Source: Synechococcus elongatus PCC 6301 (GTDB lineage Bacteria; Cyanobacteriota; Cyanobacteriia; Synechococcales; Synechococcaceae). From it: a stretch of DNA of 32,000 nt. Of this stretch, positions 9,525 to 18,879 are shown piece after piece; position 1 is the stretch's first letter; each line of letters starts with the position of its first letter. Made by a program: the position numbers and the translations under genes. The stretch is taken from NCBI RefSeq assembly GCF_000010065.1, contig NC_006576.1:2100001-2132000 (forward strand), in the 5' to 3' direction. The notes under the pieces are model-generated. The model had not been told where the DNA came from and made no database searches. It worked only from the letters and a program-made list of their open reading frames with translations.

Positions 9525-9683
9525 AGCCTTGCTCACAATTGATCAATGGCGAGCGATCGCAGTCGTGGAACTTGAGGTATCTAGACTCGATTCGTGCCCT
9601 CGTTGGCAAAACTGGGGCTGCCCGGAAGTTCAACAGCTCATCGCTGAGTCAACAACGCTTCGCGGGCAAGTCTTGCACACGGT

Positions 9684-9863
9684 CTAACTTCCTTGGCGAA
9701 TCATGCCTTTGAAGATGTTCTCGTGTGCCATCTTCTGGCGAACCACTTCGATGAACAGATCTTCGAGGTCTTCCCGTGAGATGTCACGCACCTGCTGACG
9801 GTACTTCTGCAGATCAAACTGCTGTTCAACACTGAGGGAAAAGTCGGGGAGAGGGGGGAGCAT
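9684..9863 (-). CDS. nblA: Phycobilisome degradation protein NblA (59 aa)
   Basis: MLPPLPDFSLSVEQQFDLQKYRQQVRDISREDLEDLFIEVVRQKMAHENIFKGMIRQGS is the S. elongatus NblA sequence as I remember it. GGAGG lies just upstream of the ATG at 9863. The track ORF (to 9908) adds 15 residues that are probably untranslated. Confidence 0.9.
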   Translation of the reverse strand: MLPPLPDFSLSVEQQFDLQKYRQQVRDISREDLEDLFIEVVRQKMAHENIFKGMIRQGS

Positions 9864-10225
9864 GGGAGCCTCCGGCACTGCAGATGAACAAGCTGTCTCA
9901 GACAGCAACTGTTTCAGAGTCTTTCTGAATTGTTACACAAGGTAACTATGGCTTGACGAGCCGTCAATACTGCTATCTCGAATCTTATCTGTGTAGTGAT
10001 TGTTTACAATCTACGCGCTGCTCCTGCTACGGGTGCTACAGAATTGGCGTGACTTTCCCAGGCAGCGCCTTGATCCTGAGAAAGGATTTGCCCTTTCTGA
10101 GACAGCGAACTGCCGGTAGGGCGATCTGCAGGACGCTTAAGGAACAGCCACAGATCCCCCTCGGGTGAAGCTCGGCGGCCACTCAGAATGAAGTAGAGGC
10201 AGCAGCATTGGAGGGTTGGCCTAAT

Positions 10226-10630
10226 ATGCGTTACTTCTTCTGGTCTTTACTTGCGATCGCTGCCGTCTTACCGATTTCGATCGCTCAGGCTGGGTCAGTG
10301 CGTATTGAGCAAGCCCCAAACTTGCAAATGTCTGGCATGTCTGGAGGGGGTCGTGCTAGCGACTGTGGCTACATTGGCAACCGCCCAAGCGAGCAAGTGA
10401 CTATCAGCCCGCAGTATGTGGAACAGTCAGGCTATCTGCGCATCAGTGTGACGGCTGCAGGCAATCCCACACTTCTGATCGAAGGCCCTTCAGGGCGCTT
10501 CTGCTCCGTGGGCCAAGGCGGACGCAATCCCCAGCACGTGGGCGTTTGGCCGGCTGGAGTCTACAACATCTACGTCGGCGATCGCCAGGGCCAGAGCCAT
10601 CCCTACCAGCTCAATCTGTCGGGGCGCTAA
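10226..10630 (+). CDS. Hypothetical secreted protein (cleavable signal peptide, two Cys)
   Basis: The ATG at 10226 is preceded by GGAGGG (10210-10215). The signal peptide MRYFFWSLLAIAAVLPISIAQA ends with an AxA-like cleavage site. No family recognised. Confidence 0.6.
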   Translation: MRYFFWSLLAIAAVLPISIAQAGSVRIEQAPNLQMSGMSGGGRASDCGYIGNRPSEQVTISPQYVEQSGYLRISVTAAGNPTLLIEGPSGRFCSVGQGGRNPQHVGVWPAGVYNIYVGDRQGQSHPYQLNLSGR

Positions 10631-11028
10631 TCCTCGTCGAGATCCTGCACTTCGACCGCCTGCACATCGAGGGTTCCTGGCGGTGTGACGCGGACAAGCT
10701 GCCGATTTTTGACCTGCAAAACTTCGCCACAGCCTGGGCATTGCAGTGTCGACTGCCCTATCCCACTAACCGGGGTGCCACAGACTGGGCAAGGAGCGTT
10801 GATTAAGTTGCGGTTGATCCACCAGCGCAGGCCGAGAATGCCCAGAATGGGCAGCAGGATCAGCAGCCCAACCAGCCCAAACAAGGCATCGCGCAGCCAA
10901 TTGGGCAGAACTGAGAGCACCAACACGATCACCGCGATTGTGGCGAGACTGCGCCAAGGCGATGGACTGGGGCCAGCACCAAAGTTCACAGGAACCTCCT
11001 CAAGTGGCTGTTGTTTCCAGCTTGCCAC
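10627..11028 (-). CDS. Hypothetical membrane protein with a C-terminal zinc-ribbon (CPVC...CPGC)
   Basis: 133 aa with two TM helices (IAVIVLVLSVL, LFGLVGLLILLPILGILGL), then CPVCGTPVSGIGQSTLQCPGCG. Its 3' end overlaps the convergent gene by 4 nt. Confidence 0.6.
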   Translation of the reverse strand: MASWKQQPLEEVPVNFGAGPSPSPWRSLATIAVIVLVLSVLPNWLRDALFGLVGLLILLPILGILGLRWWINRNLINAPCPVCGTPVSGIGQSTLQCPGCGEVLQVKNRQLVRVTPPGTLDVQAVEVQDLDED

Positions 11029-11150
11029 TTGCCTGTCCTCCAGCGCGTCGCAATGACCGCCCTAAAACCTTGGCAATAGCCGCTGTGCAGAGAGCTGAGT
11101 GAGACTGATCAACTCGCTATAGACTCGCGGAAGACGAACAGTAGCTGGCC

Positions 11151-12122
11151 ATGAACCTTGAGCAGGCCCTATCAGGGCGATTGCCGATTGTCTACAGCGA
11201 TCGCTTTTTGGACCATGACACGGGCTTAGGTCATCCGGAGCGGCCAGAGCGGTTATCGGCGACGGTGACCCATCTGCGATCGCAACCTTGGAGTACGGCT
11301 CTCGACTGGTATTTGCCCACCGATCTGGCGACGCGATCGCCCCTGCCTTGGATCGAGACTTGCCACTCGCTGCACTACATCGACAGCGTTCAGCACTTGG
11401 CTGAGCGGGGCGGCGGCTCCTTGGATCCGGATACGCCTTGCTCCGCCGCGAGCTACGAGGTAGCGCTGCTGGCCGTTAACGTCTGGCTGGATGGCATCGA
11501 TCGCTTGCTGACCAGGCAATCTCAGGCGGCCTTTGCCCTGACTCGCCCCCCCGGACATCACGCGCTGGCCACCCATGGCATGGGTTTTTGTCTGTTTGGC
11601 AATGCCGCGATCGCAGCCCGCTATGCTCTCGCTCAAGGACTGACGAAAGTTGCGATCGTCGATTGGGATGTCCATCACGGCAACGGGACGCAAGCCTTAG
11701 TCGAACAGCAGCCGGCGATCGCCTACGTCTCCCTCCACCAAAGTCCGGCTTACCCTGGCACGGGCTCCGCCTCGGAGACTGGCTTTTATGAAAATGTTCG
11801 CAACCTCCCCCTCCCCCCTGGCAGCGATGGGCAGGACTATCGCCAGTGTTTTGAGACGATCGTGCTGCCGTTTTTGCGCGCTTGGCAGCCGCAGTTGCTC
11901 ATTGTCAGTGCCGGCTACGATGCGGCAGCAGCCGATCCACTCGCCAACATGCGGTTACAGCCAGCGGATTACGGGGCCCTGACCCAGCAGCTGCGATCGC
12001 TGCAGATTCCTATTCTGTTTGGCCTCGAAGGGGGTTACGACCTCCCGGCTTTGTCGGCGTCGGTGGCGGCAACGCTGGCTGCTTGTCTGGAACCCCCGTC
12101 GGCTCCTAAGCAGTCAGGGTGA
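11151..12122 (+). CDS. Histone deacetylase-family (arginase-fold) deacetylase, AcuC/acetylpolyamine amidohydrolase-like
   Basis: 323 aa with [25 protein letters not shown] and EGGY, the canonical class I/II HDAC-family motifs. Confidence 0.9.
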   Translation: MNLEQALSGRLPIVYSDRFLDHDTGLGHPERPERLSATVTHLRSQPWSTALDWYLPTDLATRSPLPWIETCHSLHYIDSVQHLAERGGGSLDPDTPCSAASYEVALLAVNVWLDGIDRLLTRQSQAAFALTRPPGHHALATHGMGFCLFGNAAIAARYALAQGLTKVAIVDWDVHHGNGTQALVEQQPAIAYVSLHQSPAYPGTGSASETGFYENVRNLPLPPGSDGQDYRQCFETIVLPFLRAWQPQLLIVSAGYDAAAADPLANMRLQPADYGALTQQLRSLQIPILFGLEGGYDLPALSASVAATLAACLEPPSAPKQSG

Positions 12123-12182
12123 ATCCTGCGAGTACCTGGCGCGATCGGTTCTAAAATCGAGCCAATTGTCCGAACTGCCGCC

Positions 12183-13229
12183 ATGCTCGTTGCCCCGCCT
12201 GCCTTCGCCGAAGCTCAAGTCCTGCTGCAGCGTCTGTTAAATCACGAGTCGCTAGGGGCAGTGCAGGCCCGAGCCTTGATGGAGCAGTGGTCGTCGGGCA
12301 CCCTGCCCGAGGCTCTGTCTGGGGCACTTTTGGCTGCTTTGCAGAGTAAGGGCGTGTCTGCTCAAGAACTGGCGGCCATGGCGCAGGTGCTCCAAGAACA
12401 GGCCGTTGCAGTTGAAGCGAGCGATCGCCGGGAGCCCCTTGTCGATACCTGTGGGACCGGTGGTGACGGTGCCGAAACTTTCAACATCTCAACGGCCGTG
12501 GCTTTTGTGACGGCAGCGGCTGGCGTCAAAGTTGCCAAGCATGGCAATCGTTCTGCCTCTGGTCGGGTGGGGTCAGCGGATGTCCTCGAAGCTCTGGGGC
12601 TTAACCTGACAGCACCGAGCGATCGCATCCATGCGGCAGTGGATGAGGTCGGCATTACCTTCCTGTTTGCCCCAGGCTGGCATCCCGCCATGAAAGCCGT
12701 CGCTCCGCTCCGCAAAATCCTCGGAGTACGCACCGTCTTTAATCTGCTGGGCCCCTTGGTCAACCCGCTCCGCCCGACGGGGCAAGTCATTGGGGTCTAC
12801 AATCCCGGGCTGCTGCCCACGATCTCAGGAGCCTTGGCGGAACTCGGAGTTCGTCGGGCGATCGTGTTGCATGGTCGCGAAGGTCTGGACGAAGGGGGGC
12901 TAGCCGACTGCATGGATCTGGCGATCGTGCGCGAAGGGCAGCTCAGCCAGCAGGTTGTCGATCCCCGCGATCTGGGTTTGACCCAGGCCCCGACGGTCGC
13001 ACTCAAGGGCGGCAGTGTTGAAGAGAATGCCGATATTCTCAAAGCGGTTTTGCAAGGGAAGGGGACGCGGGCTCAGCAGGATGCGGTCCTGCTTAATGCC
13101 GCCTTAGCCTTGGAAGTTGGGGAGCAGGTCGATCGCCTTGACCAAGGCATCGGTTTGGCGCGATCGGTCTTGGCCAGTGGCGCGGCGTGGCAAAAGCTCA
13201 CCCAGTTAGCGGCCTTCCTTCAGAGCTAA
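12183..13229 (+). CDS. trpD: Anthranilate phosphoribosyltransferase
   Basis: 348 aa with [30 protein letters not shown] and [10 protein letters not shown], the TrpD signatures. Confidence 0.93.
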   Translation: MLVAPPAFAEAQVLLQRLLNHESLGAVQARALMEQWSSGTLPEALSGALLAALQSKGVSAQELAAMAQVLQEQAVAVEASDRREPLVDTCGTGGDGAETFNISTAVAFVTAAAGVKVAKHGNRSASGRVGSADVLEALGLNLTAPSDRIHAAVDEVGITFLFAPGWHPAMKAVAPLRKILGVRTVFNLLGPLVNPLRPTGQVIGVYNPGLLPTISGALAELGVRRAIVLHGREGLDEGGLADCMDLAIVREGQLSQQVVDPRDLGLTQAPTVALKGGSVEENADILKAVLQGKGTRAQQDAVLLNAALALEVGEQVDRLDQGIGLARSVLASGAAWQKLTQLAAFLQS

Positions 13230-13324
13230 ACTCCTCAGGACTCTCGCTGGCCCTAAAACTCGAAATCGACCCGCGGTCGCGAGCCAGTGCGATAATGGTT
13301 CGGATCTCGGGCTTTTGCTGCGCT

Positions 13325-14470
13325 ATGTCCCTTGCTGAACGCCAAGCTGCTCTGCTCGTCTTGGCTGACGGATCCGTATTCCATGGTTACGCCTGCGGGG
13401 CGGCGGGAACGGTCATCGGTGAAGTTGTCTTCAACACCGGCATGACCGGCTATCAAGAAGTGCTGACAGACCCGAGCTACTGTGGGCAGATTGTCAGCTT
13501 TACCTATCCCGAGCTGGGCAACACCGGGGTCAACCCCGAAGACGAAGAGTCTGCCCGGCCTCAAGTCAGCGGCTTGATTGCTCGTAATGTTGCTCGCCGC
13601 CACAGCAACTGGCGGGCCGATCGCTCCCTGCCTGACTATTTGCAACAGCACAACATTGTTGGCATCTACGGCATCGACACCCGCGCCCTCACGCAACATT
13701 TGCGATCGACGGGGGCGATGAATGGCGGCATCTCCACAACTATTTTGGATCCTGAAGAACTCTGGGCAGAAGTCAAAGCCGCCCCATCCATGGAAGGGTT
13801 GAATTTGGTCGATCAAGTCACGACCGATCGCCCCTACGAGTGGCAAACTCCCACCAGTCAAACCTGGGAATTTATTGAAGGGCCAACCACAGAGTCCCTG
13901 ACAGTTGTCGCCATCGACTTCGGCGTGAAGCGCAATATCCTGCGCCGCTTGGCCAGCTATGGTTGCCGTGTGATCGTGGTTCCGGCCGATACGCCGATCG
14001 AAGAAATCCTGCGGCACGAGCCAGATGGTGTCTTTCTCTCCAATGGCCCTGGCGATCCAGCCACGGTCAAAAATGGGATCAGCACCGCCCAAGCACTCCT
14101 GCAAACTGGACTGCCGTTGTTTGGGATTTGCCTCGGGCACCAGATTCTGGGGTCAGCCTTGGGGGCTCAAACCTTCAAGCTCAAGTTTGGCCACCGGGGG
14201 CTCAACCACCCCTGTGGCTTGTCCCAGCAGGTCGAGATCACCGGCCAAAACCACGGCTTTGCGATCGCGGCGGACTCCTTAGGGCCGGATGTGGAAGTCA
14301 CCCACCTCAACCTCAACGATCGCACGGTAGCGGGGTTACGACACCGCCATCTGCCCGTCTTCTCGGTCCAGTATCACCCCGAAGCCAGCCCAGGGCCCCA
14401 TGATTCTGACTATCTGTTTGAGCAGTTTGTGGCTTTAATGCGCGATCGCCAACCCACTCCAGTGGCTTAG
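13325..14470 (+). CDS. carA: Carbamoyl-phosphate synthase small (glutaminase) subunit
   Basis: The track ORF begins at 13187 inside trpD. The conserved CarA N-terminus ([18 protein letters not shown]) follows the ATG at 13325. The GATase triad context is GICLGHQ with HPE near the C-terminus. Confidence 0.93.
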   Translation: MSLAERQAALLVLADGSVFHGYACGAAGTVIGEVVFNTGMTGYQEVLTDPSYCGQIVSFTYPELGNTGVNPEDEESARPQVSGLIARNVARRHSNWRADRSLPDYLQQHNIVGIYGIDTRALTQHLRSTGAMNGGISTTILDPEELWAEVKAAPSMEGLNLVDQVTTDRPYEWQTPTSQTWEFIEGPTTESLTVVAIDFGVKRNILRRLASYGCRVIVVPADTPIEEILRHEPDGVFLSNGPGDPATVKNGISTAQALLQTGLPLFGICLGHQILGSALGAQTFKLKFGHRGLNHPCGLSQQVEITGQNHGFAIAADSLGPDVEVTHLNLNDRTVAGLRHRHLPVFSVQYHPEASPGPHDSDYLFEQFVALMRDRQPTPVA

Positions 14471-14520
14471 ACCAGTTGCGACTCTGGCTGCCCTGCCCCT
14501 ATACTTGAGCGTCTGCTGAG

Positions 14521-14913
14521 ATGACAACGCTGGAGGATACGGCCATTCGCGAAACGCTCGCCCTGACGGTTAGTTTGCGAGGAACCGTAGAAGTCAGGGA
14601 CGATTACCAATTGTTCCGGCTTACGGGTCAGCTCGATGCCTTCTCGGAGCCGACCTTCCGCAAGGTTCTTGGCAAGAGCCTAGAAGATGGGCCAAAACAT
14701 GCTATTCTAGATCTCTCGAAGATCGATTTTATCGATAGTTCTGGCTTAGGCGCTTTGGTTCAACTTGCGAAGCAAGCTCAAACCAGCAAAGGAAGTTTGC
14801 AAATTGTCACGAATCCCCGTGTCACACAGACTGTGAAACTCGTGCGATTAGAAAACTTCTTGGCCCTTCAGCCTTCGGTGGACGTAGCGCTGTCCAATAT
14901 CAGCGTGTCATAA
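14521..14913 (+). CDS. STAS-domain anti-sigma-factor antagonist (SpoIIAA-like)
   Basis: 130 aa with LDLSKIDFIDSSGLGALV, the STAS phosphorylatable-Ser motif context. Confidence 0.85.
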   Translation: MTTLEDTAIRETLALTVSLRGTVEVRDDYQLFRLTGQLDAFSEPTFRKVLGKSLEDGPKHAILDLSKIDFIDSSGLGALVQLAKQAQTSKGSLQIVTNPRVTQTVKLVRLENFLALQPSVDVALSNISVS

Positions 14914-14915
14914 GC

Positions 14916-15332
14916 TTGTTCGTTCCCGAGTCAGACCCCCTCCGCGGCGATCGCCGCCTCAGTCCTGCGGCAGCAAAGCAACTGGCGCCCCAGGCACTAG
15001 CCTACCTAGGAGATGCCCTCTACGAATTCCATGTGCGCCTGCGTTTGTTACTGCCGGCGCAGCGTTCCCATCAAGTTCACCAGTCTGTGGTTGGTGCAGT
15101 GCGAGCCGAGCGCCAAGCGGAATTGTTGGTGAGTCTACTACCGCTGCTGACAGCGGAAGAACTTGAGATTGTCCGTCGCGGTCGTAATGCGGCCGGACGT
15201 GTGCCACGCCGCCTGACTGGAGAATACTATCAGCAGGCAACAGGGTTAGAGACCCTGCTGGGCTATCTCTATCTGTGTGATCCCCAGCGCTTGCAAGCGC
15301 TACTCCAGCAGCTGCCCGTCACCGAGTACTGA
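14916..15332 (+). CDS. mrnC: Mini-ribonuclease 3 (Mini-III, 23S rRNA maturation)
   Basis: TTG start 2 nt after the STAS stop. [14 protein letters not shown] (RNase III signature), RRGRNA and [13 protein letters not shown] match the B. subtilis MrnC pattern. Confidence 0.85.
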   Translation: MFVPESDPLRGDRRLSPAAAKQLAPQALAYLGDALYEFHVRLRLLLPAQRSHQVHQSVVGAVRAERQAELLVSLLPLLTAEELEIVRRGRNAAGRVPRRLTGEYYQQATGLETLLGYLYLCDPQRLQALLQQLPVTEY

Positions 15333-15373
15333 CGCCAGCTCTTCTGAATTTTTCTCCACGCGCGAGCTTTTTC

Positions 15374-16933
15374 ATGTCTGACTATTCGGATCGTTCTGAC
15401 TTTTCTGAACGCCAAGATCGTTCGAGTGACGATCGCCCGAACTTCCGCCGTTTTGATCGCGATCGTCCCAGTGAAGGTCGCCGTCTTGAAGGCCGCTCAG
15501 AGGGCGGATACCGAGGCCGCGATGATCGCGGCGGCAGTGGCGGCTATCGCCAGAATCGCGACGACCGCGGTGGCTTCCGGGGTCGTGATGATCGGGGCGG
15601 CTATCGGGGAGGCGACCGCGATCGTCCCAGTGAAGGTCGTCGTTTTGAAGGCCGCTCAGAGGGCGGATACCGAGGCCGCGATGATCGCGGCGGCAGTGGC
15701 GGCTATCGCCAGAATCGCGACGACCGTGGTGGCTTCCGGGGTCGTGATGATCGGGGCGGCTATCGGGGAGGCGATCGCGATCGTCCGAGCGAAGGTCGTC
15801 GTTTTGAAGGCCGCTCAGAGGGCGGTTTCCGGGGTCGTGATGACCGTGGCGGCAGTGGTGGTTACCGGGGTCGCGATGATCGCGGTGGCTTCCGAGGTCG
15901 TGACGATCGGGGCGGTTTCCGGGGCCGTGATGACCGTGGCAGTAGTGGTAGTTACCGGGGTCGTGATGATCGTGGTGGCTTCCGAGGTCGTGATGACCGA
16001 CGCGACGATCGTGATAACTTCCGGCCCAGCCGCGATCGCGAATTGAATCGGGAAGTCAACACCAGTCCCGCCGGCGATCAGGAAGCGACCGATCACGAAT
16101 TGATCTACGGTCGTCATGCTGTCTTGGCTGCCCTCCAAGGCAACCGGACCCTCAACCGTATCTGGGTGACGCCGCGTCTGCGCTATGAATCAACTTTCCT
16201 GGAGTTGATTGACGCTGCTAAAGCCGGTGGTGCCGTGGTTGACGAAGTTCCCGTTGAGCGGATTCGTCAGCTGACCGATGGTGCTGTTCACCAAGGAATT
16301 GCCGCTCAAGTTGCTCCCTACCCCTACCAAGAACTCAGCGATCTCATTGCCCAAGCTAAGGCTGCAACCACAGATCCCGTGATTGTGGTTGCCGATGGGA
16401 TCACTGATCCCCACAACTTGGGTGCCATCATTCGGACCGCAGGAGCCTTGGGCGCTCACGGTTTGGTGATCCCGCAGCGGCGTGCGGTCGGTGTGACTGC
16501 GGCTGTCGCGAAAGTAGCTGCTGGTGCACTGGAAAGCTTCCCTGTCGCGCGAGTCGTCAACCTCAATCCCGCCCTCGAAGAGTTGAAGGATGCCGGTTTC
16601 TGGATCTATGGTGCGGCTGGCGAAGCCAAGCAATCGATTCATGAGACCAGCTTCAGCGGGCCAGTCGTGCTGGTTGTGGGATCCGAAGATGAAGGCCTCA
16701 GCCTTCTGACTCGAGAGCGCTGCGACCACCTCATTTCGATTCCGCTCCGTGGCAAGACGAACAGCCTCAATGCTTCGGTGGCAGCCGGCATGGTGCTGTA
16801 CGAAGTGAGCCGTCAACGCCAACAGCTGACCCATCATCTTGAGGGGATCGCTGACAACGGCGCAACAGCGTTGACGACGGCAGCAGTTGAGTTTGCTGGA
16901 GCTGCGGCTGGCCTTGGGGAACTAGGTCTCTAA
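15374..16933 (+). CDS. SpoU/TrmH-family RNA 2'-O-methyltransferase (RlmB-like) with a repeat-encoded Arg/Gly/Asp-rich N-terminal extension of about 215 aa
   Basis: The C-terminal about 270 aa carry the SpoU substrate-binding-domain start ([13 protein letters not shown]) and methylase motifs ([46 protein letters not shown]). The N-terminus is RGRDDRGG(F/Y) repeats. Confidence 0.88.
   Translation: MSDYSDRSDFSERQDRSSDDRPNFRRFDRDRPSEGRRLEGRSEGGYRGRDDRGGSGGYRQNRDDRGGFRGRDDRGGYRGGDRDRPSEGRRFEGRSEGGYRGRDDRGGSGGYRQNRDDRGGFRGRDDRGGYRGGDRDRPSEGRRFEGRSEGGFRGRDDRGGSGGYRGRDDRGGFRGRDDRGGFRGRDDRGSSGSYRGRDDRGGFRGRDDRRDDRDNFRPSRDRELNREVNTSPAGDQEATDHELIYGRHAVLAALQGNRTLNRIWVTPRLRYESTFLELIDAAKAGGAVVDEVPVERIRQLTDGAVHQGIAAQVAPYPYQELSDLIAQAKAATTDPVIVVADGITDPHNLGAIIRTAGALGAHGLVIPQRRAVGVTAAVAKVAAGALESFPVARVVNLNPALEELKDAGFWIYGAAGEAKQSIHETSFSGPVVLVVGSEDEGLSLLTRERCDHLISIPLRGKTNSLNASVAAGMVLYEVSRQRQQLTHHLEGIADNGATALTTAAVEFAGAAAGLGELGL
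15455..16016 (+). repeat. In-frame tandem repeat: two near-identical 159-bp units (15461-15619, 15620-15778) plus a degenerate third, with nested 27-bp [10 protein letters not shown] sub-repeats
   Basis: By my alignment, copies 1 and 2 differ at 4 of 159 positions, and one difference is non-synonymous (L to F). The third copy starts at 15779 and decays into 27-bp units. Confidence 0.9.
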
Positions 16934-17048
16934 GCACTGGCCAGTGAATTGAAAAATCGAGAGGCTCGGAGTATAACCATGCCTAAGTGCAACTAGCCTC
17001 TCGGTTGCCCTCCATTTTCTCCTGCTCTTACGCGAGGTCTCGGCATCG

Positions 17049-17336
17049 ATGATTAATCTCGCCCATGCGATCGCAGCAAACCTAGGTCTGGCTATCTGGG
17101 TTGAGATTCAGACAGATAGCCCTGTCTGCACCTATTACTTTGGGCCATTCCTGTCTCGATCATCGGCAGAAGCTGCAGTGGAAGGCTACAAGGAAGATCT
17201 GCTGCAAGAAGGGGCTCAAAATCTTCGCGTCAAAATTCAGCGTTCTAAGGAACCGGAAGTCTTGACGGTGACAGAGGATTGGGGGGCTTACTCCCGCACT
17301 GCTTCGCCCAGCCCGATGTTCAGTGGCCAGCTTTAA
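17049..17336 (+). CDS. Small conserved cyanobacterial hypothetical (DUF1816-like by recollection)
   Basis: 95 aa. The segment WVEIQTDSPVCTYYFGPFLSRSSAEAAVEGYKEDLLQEGAQ resembles a family I recall as DUF1816. The family name is unverified. Confidence 0.6.
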   Translation: MINLAHAIAANLGLAIWVEIQTDSPVCTYYFGPFLSRSSAEAAVEGYKEDLLQEGAQNLRVKIQRSKEPEVLTVTEDWGAYSRTASPSPMFSGQL

Positions 17337-17435
17337 ATCAGGCTTGCGATCGCAGATCTAATTCTTTAGATATCGAGAGCCGCCGCCCCGGCTTTTATAC
17401 TGAAGAGTGACTTTTCAGGAGTGCTGGGGCGCTAC

Positions 17436-18875
17436 ATGGCTTCAATTCGAGAACTGCACAGCCAGCTAGTTCGTAAGGAGCGCAGTGCAGTCGAAATTGC
17501 TGAAGCGGCGCTACAGCGTATCGAAACCCTCGAGCCACAGCTCAAAAGTTTTTTGCACGTCACAGCTGATCAGGCAATCGCTCAAGCCAAGGCAGTAGAT
17601 CAGCGAATCGCTGCCGGTGAAGAGATTAGCCTTCTAGCGGGCATTCCGATCGGCATTAAGGACAACCTTTGCACGCGGGGTATTCCCACTACCTGCGCCT
17701 CCAAGATTTTGCAGGGGTTTGTCCCTCCCTACGAGTCCACCGTCACCCAACGGCTTGCAGAAGCAGGAGCCGTAGCGGTTGGCAAGACAAACTTGGATGA
17801 GTTTGCCGTGGGCAGCTCGACCGAGAACTCTGCTTACCAAACCACTGCCAATCCCTGGGACTTAACCCGTGTTCCTGGCGGATCGTCCGGGGGGTCGGCG
17901 GCAGCGGTTGCAGCGGATGAATGCGTGGTTGCCCTCGGTTCAGATACGGGTGGTTCCATTCGCCAACCTGCTGCCTTTTGCGGCGTTGTTGGGCTGAAGC
18001 CAACCTATGGTCTGGTCTCTCGCTATGGCTTAGTCGCCTATGCGTCTTCGCTCGATCAGATTGGCCCCTTCTCTCGGAGCGTCGAAGATACGGCGATTTT
18101 GTTGGGGGCGATCGCCGGACATGATCCCAAAGATGCCACCAGCCTCAAAGTCGAGGTACCGGACTACACCCAGTTTCTCAAGCCCAGTTTGGCTGGCATC
18201 AAGGTCGGCGTGATTACTGAAACGGTGACAGATTCACCGGCAGGACAAGCGATGCAGGCTGCCCTAGAAGTCCTGCAGGGGCTGGGGGCAGAAATTCGCG
18301 AGATTTCCTGTCCGCGCTTCGCCTATGGTCTGCCGGCTTATTACATCATTGCGCCGTCGGAAGCATCAGCGAACTTGGCTCGCTATGACGGTGTTAAGTA
18401 CGGCTACCGCGTCGAAGAAGCAGAGACCCTGATCGACATGTATTGTCGGACGCGGGCAGAGGGTTTTGGCAGCGAGGTCAAGCGCCGGATCATGATCGGC
18501 ACCTATGCGTTGTCGGCTGGCTACTACGATGCCTATTACCTCAAGGCTCAGAAAGTTCGCACGCTGATTAAGCAAGACTTTGAAGCAGCTTTCGCAGAAG
18601 TCGATGTTTTGGTTTCACCCACAACCCCGACCACGGCTTTCAAAGCAGGCGAAAAAACTGCCGACCCGCTGAGCATGTACCTGTCAGACTTAATGACCAT
18701 TCCGGTGAATTCGGCCGGTTTGCCAGGCTTGAGCTTGCCCTGTGGCTTTGATGAGGCTGGTTTGCCCTACGGTTTGCAGATCATCGGTAATGTCCTGCGC
18801 GAAGACCAGGTGCTCCATACTGCCTACGCTTACGAGCAGGCAACGGAGTGGCATCTGCGGCAGCCGGCGCTCTAG
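17436..18875 (+). CDS. gatA: Glutamyl-tRNA(Gln) amidotransferase subunit A
   Basis: The amidase signature [13 protein letters not shown] and [12 protein letters not shown] are present. The N-terminus [11 protein letters not shown] begins at ATG 17436; the track starts at GTG 17421. Confidence 0.93.
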   Translation: MASIRELHSQLVRKERSAVEIAEAALQRIETLEPQLKSFLHVTADQAIAQAKAVDQRIAAGEEISLLAGIPIGIKDNLCTRGIPTTCASKILQGFVPPYESTVTQRLAEAGAVAVGKTNLDEFAVGSSTENSAYQTTANPWDLTRVPGGSSGGSAAAVAADECVVALGSDTGGSIRQPAAFCGVVGLKPTYGLVSRYGLVAYASSLDQIGPFSRSVEDTAILLGAIAGHDPKDATSLKVEVPDYTQFLKPSLAGIKVGVITETVTDSPAGQAMQAALEVLQGLGAEIREISCPRFAYGLPAYYIIAPSEASANLARYDGVKYGYRVEEAETLIDMYCRTRAEGFGSEVKRRIMIGTYALSAGYYDAYYLKAQKVRTLIKQDFEAAFAEVDVLVSPTTPTTAFKAGEKTADPLSMYLSDLMTIPVNSAGLPGLSLPCGFDEAGLPYGLQIIGNVLREDQVLHTAYAYEQATEWHLRQPAL

Positions 18876-18879
18876 GGCA

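Noticed and set aside
9953-10168. 71-aa Cys-rich ORF (CYLESYLCSDCLQSTRCSCYGCY) that superficially resembles a RiPP or bacteriocin precursor
   Set aside because: It has a TTG start with no SD and lies in the known nblA regulatory region. There are no adjacent maturation or export genes, and the composition fits a non-coding promoter region.
13187-13324. Long N-terminal extensions in track ORFs: carA from 13187, hydrolase from 18742, membrane protein to 8575, nblA to 9908, sasA to 22239, ROK to 25054
   Set aside because: Each extension overlaps the preceding gene or lacks protein-like sequence. In each case an internal ATG or GTG coincides with the conserved N-terminus or with an SD, so I used the shorter coordinates.
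13253-14140. 295-aa minus-strand ORF
   Set aside because: It lies entirely antisense to carA, which has unmistakable CarA motifs. Its Arg/Gly/Ala/Pro-rich composition is typical of shadow frames. The same reasoning applies to 6087..6599 (antisense to slt), 16190..16837 (antisense to the methyltransferase), 21181..21705 (antisense to sasA), 26769..27317 (antisense to the ABC exporter) and 20086..20496 (antisense to the GNAT).
15455-16016. Possibility that the repeat block is a CRISPR array or minisatellite outside a gene
   Set aside because: There are no unique spacers between the repeats. The period is a multiple of 3, the block is in frame with the downstream enzyme domain, and most differences between copies are synonymous.
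15426-16138. ORFs 15426..16046 (+, 206 aa) and 15815..16138 (-, 107 aa) with repetitive Ala/Val/Ile/Thr-rich sequence
   Set aside because: These are alternative-frame readings of the same 159/27-bp tandem repeats. The repeats keep all frames open. Only the RG-rich frame continues into a recognisable SpoU methyltransferase domain.
16958-17003. 9-bp inverted repeat CGAGAGGCT / AGCCTCTCG after the methyltransferase gene, considered as a terminator or sRNA
   Set aside because: The loop is 28 nt and no U-tract follows. This is not convincing as an intrinsic terminator, and I cannot match it to any RNA family.
17378-17398. Weak hairpin AGCCG-N6-CGGCT followed by TTTAT after the DUF1816-like gene
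   Set aside because: The stem is only 5 bp. It may be a weak terminator, but it is too marginal to list as a feature.
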